From positions 320,001 to 384,000 of the forward strand of contig CAXXIA010000002.1 of assembly GCA_963666985.2 (NCBI GenBank): a stretch of 64,000 bases of DNA. The letters are read 5' to 3'. Shown one piece after another: positions 48,136 to 59,400 of the stretch. This stretch comes from Spirochaetia bacterium. GTDB taxonomy: Bacteria > Spirochaetota > Spirochaetia > DSM-2461. Numbering within the stretch: the stretch's first letter is position 1; each line of letters begins with the position of its first letter. The notes under the pieces were generated by a model. That model was not told where the DNA came from and made no database searches. It saw nothing but the letters and a program-made list of their open reading frames with translations. Position numbers and translations under genes: made by a program.

Positions 48136-49236
48136 ATGACCGTCCGTGAAGCACTCTCCGAAGGAGCCGCCGCTCTGGAGCACCACGAAACCGATACTCC
48201 GCGCCTTGATGCCGCGCTTCTTCTGGCTCATGCCCGAGGAAGCACAAGAGAACGGCTATATATGGATCTGGCCGAATCCGCCCCCCCCGCCGTTCTGGAC
48301 TCATATCGAAACGCTCTTCATCGGCGCCTCTCCGGCGAGCCCGTGGCCTGGATTATCGGCGTGAAGGAATTCTGGGGACTTGAGTTCACTGTTGGCCCCG
48401 GAGTGCTTTGTCCCCGTCCCGATTCCGAAATCCTGGTGGAAGCCGCTTTGGAAATCATGCAGGGGATGATCCCCGAAGCCGCCGCGGAAACCGCCCAATC
48501 CGCAATCGATAATAGGCCGCTCTCAGCGAAGGATTCTTGGCGGATCGGCACAATGCCGCACAATGGCGCACAATCTGCGGCTATCCGGCACAACGCTCCC
48601 CGCTGCGATGATCAGCCGCCCATTCCCGCAAACCATCCGACAAGCGGCCGCGAATCACCTCTTTCACAGCCCGGAGCCTCACAACCCGCCGGTGTCCCGC
48701 CGTCCGCCGTCCAACACCGGCCGGCCGGGCGGCTCCATGACTGCTGCTGCGGTCCGGGCACCCTGGCGCTGGCGCTGTCCCACCGGCGGCCCGACTGGGA
48801 CATCAGCGCCTCCGACATCTCCGAAGATGCCGCCCGCTACTTTGCGCTGAACAATGAAAAACTCTGCGCGGGACGAGTCGGCTATTCTCATGCGGACCTC
48901 ATGGAAGGAATTGGCGGTCCTTTTGATATCATCGTTTCCAACCCGCCCTACCTTACTCCGGCCGAAACCGAAGAACGGACGGCTCTGGGATGGCGGGAAC
49001 CGGTTTTGGCACTGAACGGCAAAGATACGGACGGATTAGGCATTATTCGCCGGCTCATCCCGCGCATTTTCAACCGATTATCTCCGGGCGGTACAACTCT
49101 TATCGAGGCCGACCCCTTGCAGATGCCGCGAATCGAGGAAATACTCTTCGCAAACGGATTCGAAGATATCGAAATCCGACGCGATCTGGGGAATCGGGAT
49201 CGGGTTATGATCGCCCGGCGGCATAAAATAAAATGA
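48136..49236 (+). CDS. prmC: release factor glutamine methyltransferase with a long internal insertion
   Basis: RR.SGEP.A.I.G.KEFWG, VL.PRPDSE, D.C.G.G, SNPPY, DL..RDR. Confidence 0.9.
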   Translation: MTVREALSEGAAALEHHETDTPRLDAALLLAHARGSTRERLYMDLAESAPPAVLDSYRNALHRRLSGEPVAWIIGVKEFWGLEFTVGPGVLCPRPDSEILVEAALEIMQGMIPEAAAETAQSAIDNRPLSAKDSWRIGTMPHNGAQSAAIRHNAPRCDDQPPIPANHPTSGRESPLSQPGASQPAGVPPSAVQHRPAGRLHDCCCGPGTLALALSHRRPDWDISASDISEDAARYFALNNEKLCAGRVGYSHADLMEGIGGPFDIIVSNPPYLTPAETEERTALGWREPVLALNGKDTDGLGIIRRLIPRIFNRLSPGGTTLIEADPLQMPRIEEILFANGFEDIEIRRDLGNRDRVMIARRHKIK

Positions 49237-51317
49237 GTCCTATCGACGACAACCTAATCCTCACTCAAGAAGAACTGGAGCAAGTCATCCGTAAATTCGC
49301 CGGACGGCTGGACAGTTATCCGCGTTCGGAACGGCGGGACATCCTGAAAGCTCTTCACTGGTCACGAAAACTCCATGAAGGCCAGAAACGCGCTTCGGGC
49401 GAGCCTTATGTGATTCATCCCATTCGCGTCGCGGAAATCCTGATTGAACTGAAGATGGATCCTTCCACGATTAAAGCCGCGCTTCTTCACGATGTGCTTG
49501 AAGATACGGATGTGGGCCGCCTCGATCTGATAGAAAAATTCGGCATGGATGTCGGCGCTCTGGTGGACGGAGTAACGAAAATCGACGACATGGACATCGG
49601 GAAGAGCTCACGCAAAGCCGCATCCTTGCGGAAAATGGTGTGGGCCATGGTCGATGATATTCGCGTTATCTTTATAAAACTGGCCGACAAACGCCATAAC
49701 ATGAGCACGCTTCAATACATCAGAGAAGACGAACGCCGGCTCAGAATCGCCCGCGAATGTTTGGAAATTTACGCTCCCATGGCCGGGAAACTCGGCATGA
49801 GTACTATAAAAACGGAATTGGAGGATTTAAGTCTTAAGTACCTGAAGCCCGATTCCTACACGCAAATCAAACAGTATGTCGCTCTGAAAAAAGAAGAGCG
49901 CTCACAAAACCTCGACAGAATAAAAGGCAAAATGATTGATGCGGCGGCCAAGGCCCGCATCAAGGTTCAGGTGGATGCCCGTGCCAAGCACTTCTATTCC
50001 ATTTACCGGAAAATGAAAGACCGCGGCAAAGACCTGGATGAAATTTACGATCTCTTGGGCATGCGCATCATCTGCGAATCCACCAATGCCTGCTATGTGA
50101 TGCTCGGGGTGGTGCATCGGCTGTGGGTGCCTCTGGAAGGCCGATTCAAGGACTACATCGCTCGTCCGAAAGGCAACGGATACCAAAGCCTCCACACCGC
50201 CGTGCTCACAGAAGGCGGCCGTCCGCTGGAAATCCAAATCCGAAGCCGAAAAATGCATGAAACGGCCGAATTCGGCGTTGCCGCCCACTGGGCCTACAAG
50301 GAAGGAAAAGTTCCCGATCAGATCCGTGCCGATGAAGTGGTGGTGATGAAACAGCTCCAAACCCTGCGCATCGAGGGCCACGATCTGGATGCCGGGGAAT
50401 TTCTGGAGGCTATTAAGCGGGACGTTCTGCGCGACTCCATCATCGTCTACACGCCCAAAGGCGATCCCATCGAACTTCCCGAAGGAGCCACGGCCATCGA
50501 TCTGGCCTATCACATTCATTCCGAAGTGGGTGATCACTGCATGGGAGCCAAAGCGGACGGATCCATTATTCCGCTCACACGGCCGCTGGAGAATACACAG
50601 ACCATTCAGATTCTCACCTCGCCGAACGCCCACCCCCATGTGAACTGGCTCAAACACGTGCGAAGCTCACGAGCCCGGAACAAAATCCGAACCTGGCTGA
50701 ACAATAACGACTCGGGCGTGGTGGTGGATCGCAACATCGTCGCCAAAAAAAAGCCGACGGAACCGCCCATCCTCAAAACGGGAAGCGCCGTGGCCGCCGT
50801 GAATGCGGCTTCAGGCGAGGAACGTCTGGAAAAGCAAGTTCTGGATACCTCCAAAGTCGGAGTCACCATCGGGGACGAACACAATATGATGATTAAAATC
50901 AGCAAGTGCTGTTCCCCCACCCCCGGCGATCCCATCATCGGCTATGTTTCCCGCGGACGCGGTATCGTGGTGCATCGAATGGACTGCCCGAATCTGAAAG
51001 GCATTGAAGATTTTGAAGATCGCCGCATCCACGTGGAATGGGAAACCGCCTCGTCCCTCACAACTCAGCGCTTCCGCATCCACGCGCGGTACACTCACGA
51101 TCTTTTCAGTGAAATCGAAGGCGCCATCCGAAAATACCGCGGCCATCTTATTTCCGGCAGCCTCGAAGAAACCGAACGCGGCGATTTGGAAGGATTCTTC
51201 ACCGTGGAAATGGCGAGCCGCGACGACTTTAAGAAAATCTCCAAGAGCATCCGCGCCATTCCGGCCGTTCTCTCCATCTCAAAAATCCAAAACTTCCAAA
51301 ACCGGTATTATGGCTAG
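49233..51317 (+). CDS. rel: bifunctional (p)ppGpp synthetase/hydrolase (RelA/SpoT homologue)
   Basis: H.GQKR.SGEPY, LHDVLED, KDYIA.PK.NGYQSLH, EIQIR, TGS and ACT domains. Confidence 0.96.
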   Translation: MSPIDDNLILTQEELEQVIRKFAGRLDSYPRSERRDILKALHWSRKLHEGQKRASGEPYVIHPIRVAEILIELKMDPSTIKAALLHDVLEDTDVGRLDLIEKFGMDVGALVDGVTKIDDMDIGKSSRKAASLRKMVWAMVDDIRVIFIKLADKRHNMSTLQYIREDERRLRIARECLEIYAPMAGKLGMSTIKTELEDLSLKYLKPDSYTQIKQYVALKKEERSQNLDRIKGKMIDAAAKARIKVQVDARAKHFYSIYRKMKDRGKDLDEIYDLLGMRIICESTNACYVMLGVVHRLWVPLEGRFKDYIARPKGNGYQSLHTAVLTEGGRPLEIQIRSRKMHETAEFGVAAHWAYKEGKVPDQIRADEVVVMKQLQTLRIEGHDLDAGEFLEAIKRDVLRDSIIVYTPKGDPIELPEGATAIDLAYHIHSEVGDHCMGAKADGSIIPLTRPLENTQTIQILTSPNAHPHVNWLKHVRSSRARNKIRTWLNNNDSGVVVDRNIVAKKKPTEPPILKTGSAVAAVNAASGEERLEKQVLDTSKVGVTIGDEHNMMIKISKCCSPTPGDPIIGYVSRGRGIVVHRMDCPNLKGIEDFEDRRIHVEWETASSLTTQRFRIHARYTHDLFSEIEGAIRKYRGHLISGSLEETERGDLEGFFTVEMASRDDFKKISKSIRAIPAVLSISKIQNFQNRYYG

Positions 51318-51319
51318 AA

Positions 51320-51531
51320 GGTCTAATTTGTAGATAAATTACAGAAGTTACGATGTCTCGTGAGAGCCGAAGGCGGAAGCGGACTCGGTAACTTCTTGTA
51401 ATTTTACAAATTAGACCGAAGGCCGAGGAGAATGAGGGTGGTGGTCGAGAAAACTCGGGCATCACCGAATCGTCGAAAGATGTCGTCGAAGGCGAAGCTC
51501 GCTTCCAGCCTAAAGAGGTCTCATTCGTCCC
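51320..51531 (+). ncRNA. highly structured intergenic element (ncRNA or MITE/REP-like)
   Basis: ~30-bp imperfect stem 51320-51417 plus a multibranch domain 51430-51526 with GNRA loops and G-U pairs. Confidence 0.5.
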
Positions 51532-51582
51532 GAGAAAGATCCCCCTGTTCCACCTTCGGAACCTTAAGGATACAATCGCCCT

Positions 51583-52086
51583 ATGGATCTCCACATTGTT
51601 CTGCATGAGCCCGAAATCCCCCAGAATACGGGCAGCATCGGCCGCACCTGTATGGCCATCGGCGCCACCCTGCACCTTATCCGTCCGCTGGGCTTCCTCA
51701 TCGACGATACGAAACTCAAACGTGCGGGTTTGGATTACTGGCACGAATTAAATGTGGAGATTCACGACGACTGGCCGTCCTTTATTGCGTCTCATCCCGA
51801 TGCGCATCCATGGTTCTTCACAACAAAAGCCGGCCGCCGTCACGATCAGGCGTCTTTCGAAGAGAGAAGCTACCTTGTGTTCGGAAAGGAAACGGCCGGA
51901 TTGCCGGAAGGACTCCTTCGCGAGGCACCGGATCGCTGCCTGCGCATTCCCCTCATGTCCCGGGCACGATCTCTGAATCTTTCGGTGGCCGTCGGTATCG
52001 CGGCGTTCGAAGCCCTCAGACAAAACGGCTTTACCGGGCTTTCGGATATCGATCCGGAAGATCGGCTCGGAAACATCGGAACGTAA
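51583..52086 (+). CDS. trmL: tRNA (cytidine/uridine(34)-2'-O)-methyltransferase
   Basis: PEIPQNTG.I.R.C, LKRAGLDYW, FGKET.GL, RSLNLS. Confidence 0.93.
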   Translation: MDLHIVLHEPEIPQNTGSIGRTCMAIGATLHLIRPLGFLIDDTKLKRAGLDYWHELNVEIHDDWPSFIASHPDAHPWFFTTKAGRRHDQASFEERSYLVFGKETAGLPEGLLREAPDRCLRIPLMSRARSLNLSVAVGIAAFEALRQNGFTGLSDIDPEDRLGNIGT

Positions 52087-52162
52087 GGAAGAAATTTGCG
52101 ATATCGGTTTGCGATATCGGAATGAAGAGAAGACCTTTTTCCGGCAATCACCCCTCGCACCG

Positions 52163-52534
52163 TCAGCTTTTCACAAAGACACTTTCAACAACTTCAATGA
52201 GTTTCTCATGTGCTACGGGCTTATCAAGGATGGCAACGGGTCCGGACTTGAGCGCCCGGCGCCGTGTCGCCTCATCGCCGTATGCGGTAATAAAAACAAC
52301 CGGTAACGAACTTTTCACAAGACGTAAGCGTTCGATGGCCTCAATCCCATCGATAAAACCGCCCAGTCGAATATCACAAAGGACGAGATCGGGAGAGTCG
52401 TTTATAACACGACCGACAATATCATCCCCAAATCGAACCATAGGAAGTACTTTATATCCTCGTTGTTCCAGTACGGAAGTAATTTCGAGTCCAATACATA
52501 CCTCATCCTCAACAACGAGAATGGTTTCGTTCAC
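52163..52534 (-). CDS. single-domain response regulator
   Basis: VVEDE, DLVLCDI, ITA, KP. Confidence 0.88.
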   Translation of the reverse strand: MNETILVVEDEVCIGLEITSVLEQRGYKVLPMVRFGDDIVGRVINDSPDLVLCDIRLGGFIDGIEAIERLRLVKSSLPVVFITAYGDEATRRRALKSGPVAILDKPVAHEKLIEVVESVFVKS

Positions 52535-52708
52535 AACCTTCTCCTCCGCGAGATTTTATATTGTGACTTTTTGGTAATTGGGTCTTTTTTTGAGTTTTTA
52601 CCGGATAATCCGGCATTAATACACATTCAATTATATCTTTTATAAAATAAAAAAACAGTAAAACCGGTGAAGTTATAATGGAGAAAATATAGATATTATA
52701 CAAAGAAT

Positions 52709-53743
52709 ATGCAAAAAAGAGAAAAAGACGACAAAGACAAAAAAAGAATCGACTTCAATGAGCATTGGTACGGATCCGCAAGACTCCGGATTCTTGCCTG
52801 CTTTGTATCGTATGGTATCTATGCATCCATAATCTGTGTGCTTGGTGATCGTCTGGGGATTTCCAACAATTATTTCGTTATCCTGCCGATTATTATCGCG
52901 GCCCTGGCCTGGGGAGCCGTCGGAGGAATCATATCGGGGATTCTGGCCCTGCCTTCAAATCTTGCCCTGTTCGCCTTAACCGGACATCTCGGATTCTCAC
53001 CGGCAAGCCTTCTTATCGCCGAGATTTCAGGCACTGTCATCGGCACCACGCTGGGGGTTTTGGGCGATCGGTTCAGACTTCTCGGAGAAGAAATCCTAAG
53101 GCGCAAGGAAATTGAGAAAGAACTCCGCTCCGCTCTGGAGGAACGCAATGTGTTGATACGGGAGATTCAGCACCGCGTAAAGAATAATCTGGGCGTTATT
53201 AAAAGCATGCTCTATCTCATGATGATCCGTACCGAAGAGGTAAACTGCCGCGAGGCTTTTCGGGATATGACGGAAAGGCTTATGTCCATGGCCCTCGTGC
53301 AGGACCAGCTGAGCACGGAAAAATCCCTGAAAGAAACCGTCAATACCAAAGAATACTTAATACAGCTTGTTCGGAATATTACACACAGCCGGGCCGAAAT
53401 CAGCGCGGAAGTTCTCATGGACATCCCCGAAGATATTCCGCCTCTGCACATGGACCGCATCACGCCGCTGGGGATTCTCATCAACGAAGTTATAACCAAC
53501 GCGTATAAACACGCATTCCCGGGGATAAACAATCCGACTCTTTCCATCAGCGCCACGCTATTTGAAGGAGAACTTGTTATCATTATTGCAGACAACGGTC
53601 CGGGGTACGACGGAGCAATCGACAAAAAGCATTTAGGCCGAACGCTTATCGACGCATTGGCATCACAAATTCACGGTTTTGTCTTTTTCGATCGTGATTC
53701 CGGAACACGTGTTATCATCCGCTTTCCCGTGGAAATTCACTAG
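52709..53743 (+). CDS. membrane sensor histidine kinase (HisKA_2 type)
   Basis: N-terminal TMs, EIQHRVKNNL, NE..TNA.KHAF, DNGPG. Confidence 0.9.
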   Translation: MQKREKDDKDKKRIDFNEHWYGSARLRILACFVSYGIYASIICVLGDRLGISNNYFVILPIIIAALAWGAVGGIISGILALPSNLALFALTGHLGFSPASLLIAEISGTVIGTTLGVLGDRFRLLGEEILRRKEIEKELRSALEERNVLIREIQHRVKNNLGVIKSMLYLMMIRTEEVNCREAFRDMTERLMSMALVQDQLSTEKSLKETVNTKEYLIQLVRNITHSRAEISAEVLMDIPEDIPPLHMDRITPLGILINEVITNAYKHAFPGINNPTLSISATLFEGELVIIIADNGPGYDGAIDKKHLGRTLIDALASQIHGFVFFDRDSGTRVIIRFPVEIH

Positions 53744-53850
53744 CCGCGATAGATACCGAAAAGTAAGCGGTCAAATACTATCATTTATGAACTTGACTTC
53801 AGGATTCTCCGCGAAAGATAATTAGTCATATATTTTTAGAAGGAGAGACT

Positions 53851-54450
53851 ATGAAGAAAGTAATCGGTATTGTCCTTATTCTCATTATGGCCGCCGCATC
53901 GCTTTCCGCTCTTGAATTCACCGTCGGACCGAAGGTTATGCTGGGAGATATGAGTTATAATGGCGACGGTTTTCTCGGAGACAACAAGATGTCGCTGTTT
54001 TTTGCCGGCGGGGCGTTCGCCAACATCCAACTGACATCGTTAATCGGCATTCAGCCTGAAATCTATTTAAATTACACTTCGTTGAAGTATGATTTTGCCG
54101 GTAATGAAATCGTTGTTCATTATCCGGTTTTAAGCATCCCGATCTATGCTCGATTCAACTTTGATGTGGCGAATATCGGCGTGTATGCCCTCGCGGGCGT
54201 CAGATTCGATCTTAATATCTCCGATGAAGCGAAAGTTAAGACCAACGGTTCTTCCGGAACGGGTGACATCAGCGACTACAATTTCATAGTACTGGGCGCG
54301 GCCGGCGGCGCCGGAGTCAGTCTGCCCATCGGCCCGGGGGTTCTGGACGCGGGCTTGGGCATCTTCTACGGTTTTACTGAATTCTCGGATGGTTTGGATG
54401 CTTCCTATTGGGATATCGACGTTCAGGTAGGCTACGGCTTCTCGCTGTAA
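53851..54450 (+). CDS. outer membrane beta-barrel (porin-like) protein
   Basis: signal peptide, alternating beta strands, IQPE motif, aromatic-rich C-terminus GYGFSL. Confidence 0.8.
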   Translation: MKKVIGIVLILIMAAASLSALEFTVGPKVMLGDMSYNGDGFLGDNKMSLFFAGGAFANIQLTSLIGIQPEIYLNYTSLKYDFAGNEIVVHYPVLSIPIYARFNFDVANIGVYALAGVRFDLNISDEAKVKTNGSSGTGDISDYNFIVLGAAGGAGVSLPIGPGVLDAGLGIFYGFTEFSDGLDASYWDIDVQVGYGFSL

Positions 54451-54475
54451 TTTCTTCGGGTTTCAGATCCGATCC

Positions 54476-54503
54476 AAGCCGCCCTGAGCCGGGCGGCTTT
54501 TTC
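54476..54503 (+). terminator. intrinsic terminator
   Basis: aagccgccc-tgagcc-gggcggctt followed by a T-run. Confidence 0.8.
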
Positions 54504-54557
54504 ATGCCTGTACAGTGTCCGGCATTATTAACGGTGAGGCCGCGGATAAGCCGTGCT

Positions 54558-56297
54558 CTAAAACAGTCCTGTTATTCTGCCCGTCGAGGTATCGATATCG
54601 ATGCCCATGAAAGCCGGTTTGGAACTTAAGCCCGGCATGGTGCGGATATCGCCCGCCAACGGATAAATAAAGCCGGCGCCTGCGCTGAGACGGGCATCGG
54701 TTATCGGAAAAGTAAAGCCTTCGGGGGCGTTCTTCAGCGACGGATCGTGGCTTAGGGAAAGATGGGTTTTCGCCACGCAAACGGGAAGATTCCCGAAACC
54801 GGCTTCCGCGAAACGTGCCAGAGCATCCTCCGCTTCCGGTGAGAACACCACGTTCCCGGCTTTGTATATCTTGTCGGCGATGATTTCGATTTTCTCCCGA
54901 GGCGAGGCTTCAAGACTGTAAAGGTAATGGAAATTCTTCGCGACGGAGCAAGCTCTTTCCACGGCTTCGGCCAAAGCGGCGGCGCCCTCTCCGCCGTCGG
55001 CATGGTGAGTGCTTACCACGGCCTCGGCGGCACCGGCTTTCAGAGCCGCTTCCAAAACAATGTTCCGTTCGGCTTCCGTGTCGGTCGGAAAAGCATTCAG
55101 CGCGACCACGCAGGGAACACCGAAAAGAACGACATTCGCGATATGGCGTCTCAGATTCTCCAATCCGGCCCGAACCAATTCGATATTTTCGGATGTATAT
55201 GCCGCATCCGGGGAGCGGCCCGGCACGACCTTGGGGCCGCCTCCGTGCATTTTAAGGGCGCGAACCGTAGCCACCAGAACAACGGCGTCGGGAACCAGAC
55301 CGGATGTTCGGCACTTGATATCGAAGAATTTCTCCATGCCGATGTCCGATCCGAAACCGGATTCCGTAATCAAGTAGTCGGCGTATCCGGCGGCCGCCAT
55401 GTCGGCGATAACGGAAGAATTCCCGTGGGCGATATTGGCAAAGGGGCCGGTATGGATAAAAGCCGCCTGACCTTCCAGTGTTTGGAGCAAATTAGGGTTA
55501 AGAGCGTCTTTCAGTAAAACCGTCATGGCCCCGGCGACGCCGAAATCTTCCGCGGTGAGCATACGGCCTTTCTTATCAAGGGCCATAACCATGGCGCCGA
55601 TGCGCCTGCGCATATCCGGCAAATCTTTCGAAAGGGCCAGAATGGCCATGAGTTCGCTGGCCACGGCGATATCGAAACCGGTCTGCCGAATCGGACCGTC
55701 GGCGGCATCTCCGAGACCCGTTATAATGTTCCTCAAGGAGCGGTCGTTCATGTCCACCACCCGGCGCCAGTTCACCGCGTGGGGATTCACGGAAAGCCGC
55801 TCGAGTCCCTGCTTGGCCAAATAGGAATCTCCCCAGCGCCCTTCATGATAGATTCGCGCATCCACGGCGGCGGCTCCGAGATTGTGAGCGGCACAAACGG
55901 CGTGGATATCGCCGGTGAGGTGAAGGTTTATCTCTTCCATGGGAAGAACCTGACTGCGGCCGCCGCCGGCCGCGCCGCCTTTGATGCCGAAAGTGGGGCC
56001 CATGGACGGCTGACGGATGGCGCAAGCCGCCTTGCGGCCGAGATAGCCCAAGCCTTGAGTAAGACCGACGGTCGTTGTGGTTTTTCCTTCTCCCAGCGGT
56101 GTGGGCGTGATGGCGGTTACGTCAATGTAGCGGGCTCTCGGTGCGGCGAAAGCGGGACAAAGCGAAGGGCGAAGCTTCGCCAAGGCTGTTCCATAGGAAA
56201 TGAGAGCCTCTTCCGGAATTCCGTATTCGGCGGCGATTTCGGTAATGGGCTTCACTTCGGCGGACTGAGCGATTTCAAGATCGGATTTCATAGGCAT
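54558..56297 (-). CDS. fhs: formate--tetrahydrofolate ligase
   Basis: TPTPLGEGKTTT, GIKGGAAGGG, GPFANIAHG, VATVRALK.HGG, TMPGL. Confidence 0.96.
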   Translation of the reverse strand: MPMKSDLEIAQSAEVKPITEIAAEYGIPEEALISYGTALAKLRPSLCPAFAAPRARYIDVTAITPTPLGEGKTTTTVGLTQGLGYLGRKAACAIRQPSMGPTFGIKGGAAGGGRSQVLPMEEINLHLTGDIHAVCAAHNLGAAAVDARIYHEGRWGDSYLAKQGLERLSVNPHAVNWRRVVDMNDRSLRNIITGLGDAADGPIRQTGFDIAVASELMAILALSKDLPDMRRRIGAMVMALDKKGRMLTAEDFGVAGAMTVLLKDALNPNLLQTLEGQAAFIHTGPFANIAHGNSSVIADMAAAGYADYLITESGFGSDIGMEKFFDIKCRTSGLVPDAVVLVATVRALKMHGGGPKVVPGRSPDAAYTSENIELVRAGLENLRRHIANVVLFGVPCVVALNAFPTDTEAERNIVLEAALKAGAAEAVVSTHHADGGEGAAALAEAVERACSVAKNFHYLYSLEASPREKIEIIADKIYKAGNVVFSPEAEDALARFAEAGFGNLPVCVAKTHLSLSHDPSLKNAPEGFTFPITDARLSAGAGFIYPLAGDIRTMPGLSSKPAFMGIDIDTSTGRITGLF

Positions 56298-56471
56298 AAC
56301 ACATCGGTCTCCCAATGAAATGATTCCCGAATTTTCAACAAAAATGTCGGATATACGGGATGTCCAGTATCACAACCGATCACATTCGGGGTCAATAAAA
56401 AAAAGAGGACTCCAAGGCGATTTCAATAAACAAGAAGAGAGCTCATCAGCTCATTCCCTCTTTTTCCCGCT

Positions 56472-59400
56472 TCAGCGCAGCCAATTCGGAACGAAAACCT
56501 GCAGCTGCCGGATACCGTCGCCGTCGGCGATGAAAGCCCGATCCTCTTCGATATCGCCGGAGAGAGCGAACACATCGGGACAGCGGGAAAGAAGAACAGG
56601 ACGTTCCGGCCGGGTTATGTCGTAGAGCATAAAACCGTGGATTCCCCCGGAGAGAAACAGGCGGCGGCCCGAGTTGTCGAATCCGGCACAAGCCATGGAA
56701 GGATAGGCAAGAGATTCAATGGGGGTAAGGTTCCCCGAACCGTCGTTTTTCAAAAGCGTAACGCCGTCCGCATTCGTGGCGGCCGCGATTCCATCCGAAG
56801 CGGCCAAATGGAAAACACCGGGGAAGCGGATCCGGGAGATTTCTTGGGGAGGGCCGCCGGGCAGCCGCACAAAGCCGACGATGTCCTTTCCGTCGGAGGC
56901 GTACAAATAATTGCCGTCGGCCGCAACGGCGCGGCATCCGGGTAAATCGGCCGTTCCGACGATATGGGGCTCTTCGCTGCCTTCGGGACCTTCGGAAATC
57001 ATAACCAAACCGGAATCGGAAGAGGCGGCATAAAGGGCGTCGGCTGCGTTTACGATATCGGAAATCCGGCCGAGGTTTTCAAAAACAACCACCGGCTCTC
57101 CGACCGTTTGATCCGGCGATTCTCCTCGCCGATACACTCTGAGTCCCGAGATTCCGTCGGCGACGAAAAGCCAGGGACCGCGAACGGCTGTTTTCTCGGC
57201 GTAATCCGTTTCCAAATCCGCTACCGGTTCCAAAGAGCGGGCATCCAGAATGTGAACACCGCCTGCATGGGCCGAGACGTACAAATGTTCTCCATACCGC
57301 ATAAGATCGTAGGAGCGGCCGGGAAGATCGCGGCCGAGAAGAACGTAAGACTGACCGGTCAGAAATGTTCGGTAGACTTCCAGCCCTTCCCGCGTGGTTA
57401 CCAGGATATCATCGCCGTGCACCGCGAACGAATAAGATCCTTCCATCTCTATCGAATCGAAGATTGAAGGCTTTTGCGGGATTCTGATGTCGACGACATG
57501 AAGGGTTTGCTCTCCCAGGGCCAAGGCGAAGTCGCCCATCAGACAGATTCGGGAGGCGTTTACATCCGGAAGATGGGAAAGGATTTTCGGCGAATCCGGC
57601 CGGGAAACGTCAATAAGAACCAAGCCGCCGGTTCGGCCGGAAGCGGCCAGCAATCCGCCGCGCAGAGTGAGCGAACGAAGGGTACCGCTTTCAAGGGAGG
57701 AGAGGATTTTCGGCGATGAAGGATCGGCCGCATCAAGAATGACTAATCCTTTGTTTTCGGTGGCAAGATAAACAGTCCGGCCGCTGACGAGAAGATCTTG
57801 TCCGACAAGACCTTCGGTGGCCGAAATCCGCAAGGGAGATTGCGGATTGGAAATATCCAGGATTCTCAGTCCCTTCTCCCTGTCGGCCGCATAAACATAA
57901 TTTCCTTCCACTCCTACGGCCGCGGCGTCTCCGGCTTTTCGGGAACCGACGAGGAAGGGGTGGACCGGATCGCTGATGTTCACGATACGGATGCCCTCTT
58001 CGCCGGATGCGACATAGGCGTAATCTCCGCGAACCGCGATATCCAGTGCTCCGGAAAAACTCAGCGTTCCGGAAACACCGGGACGCGTGGATTCGGTGAT
58101 ATCGTATAAAAAGAGACCTTCATCGAACGCGGCGACATAGGCGTAATCCCCGACAACGGTGATTCCGGCATTCTCCTGCCCGCTTACCCGCGCCAATTTT
58201 TCCAGCCGGGCTTCCTGCTGAGCCAGCGTGGAACCTTTTGAAGCACGGCTGATTTCATCGGGAAATGCCGCGGGAGCCGCGGCGTACCAGTATTCCGTTC
58301 CATACTCAACTCCGGTATCAAGGAACGGAGATTGCGTCAGGTTCTCCGCGATAAGTTCCATCGGTCCCTCGGGATTCCGGGAACGGTAGAGACAATAACG
58401 TTCACTTCCCTGAATGGGATTCCAAGAAACACGGATTCGGCGATACTCGCCCGAGACTTCCGGACGGAGGGTTTCCGGTGATAAGGGGATAACCGAAACT
58501 TCATGCGAGCTGAAGCGGCCGCGGGCCGTCGAGGCTTCCAGCCGGAAACGATACAGGCGGCCGTTCTCAAGCCGAGGGACTTCTACGGGGCCGGCCGCGG
58601 CGGAATACCGCTTAACGGCATTCCGATCTCCCGAAACAACCAATTCGTAGCCTTCGGCAGTAGGCAGAGGATTCCAGGATGCCAGGGCTTTTCCGTCGGA
58701 AGAACGGACATTGAAATCGGGTATGGCGCTTTTCCCCTGTTTTAAAATGACGGATTCGGTTCGGGTGCGTCCGTTTTTTCCGGTTATCAGCAGAGTGATT
58801 CTCTGGCGTCCCTGAAGTTCGTCGGTGAAGATCGGCAAATCAAACCCGCCGTCGGCGTTTATGGGGATTTCCCCCGAAAGAAGACCGTCTCTGGTTTTAG
58901 CCTCGGTTCCCAGGATTTCGTAGGAAAGCGATTCAATACCGCCGAGTTCTTCCGAATCCCGGTAGGGATCGATAATGCGGCCCCGGAGTCTTATGGCGGC
59001 TCCATACTCGTCGCTGCCGCTCGGCCCGGAGAGAACAATGGACGGAGAAAGCCGGCCGTCCGCCAAGGAGCATTCGCGCCGAGTGACATTCCCGTTCAGG
59101 TCCTTGGCGACAACGCGAAAGGTTTGATTTCCCTCAACCTCTCCCATATCGACATTAAAGCGGAATGTTCCGTCGGGATTAAAAAAGATCGGTCGGAGTG
59201 TATCGGCTTCTCCTGAAAGACTCCAGGAAAGAGAGGCCACTTCATCAATGCCGGGAAGGTCGGTCGATCCGGGTCCGACCCGTCCGGCCACTTCAAGCGA
59301 GTCTCCGTAATAGGCTCCGTTTACGGGAGACGAGAAATCGACGGCCGGTCCTTCTCCGTCATTGTACAAATCGATAACCGCGGAGGCTTCGGCCTCGGTT

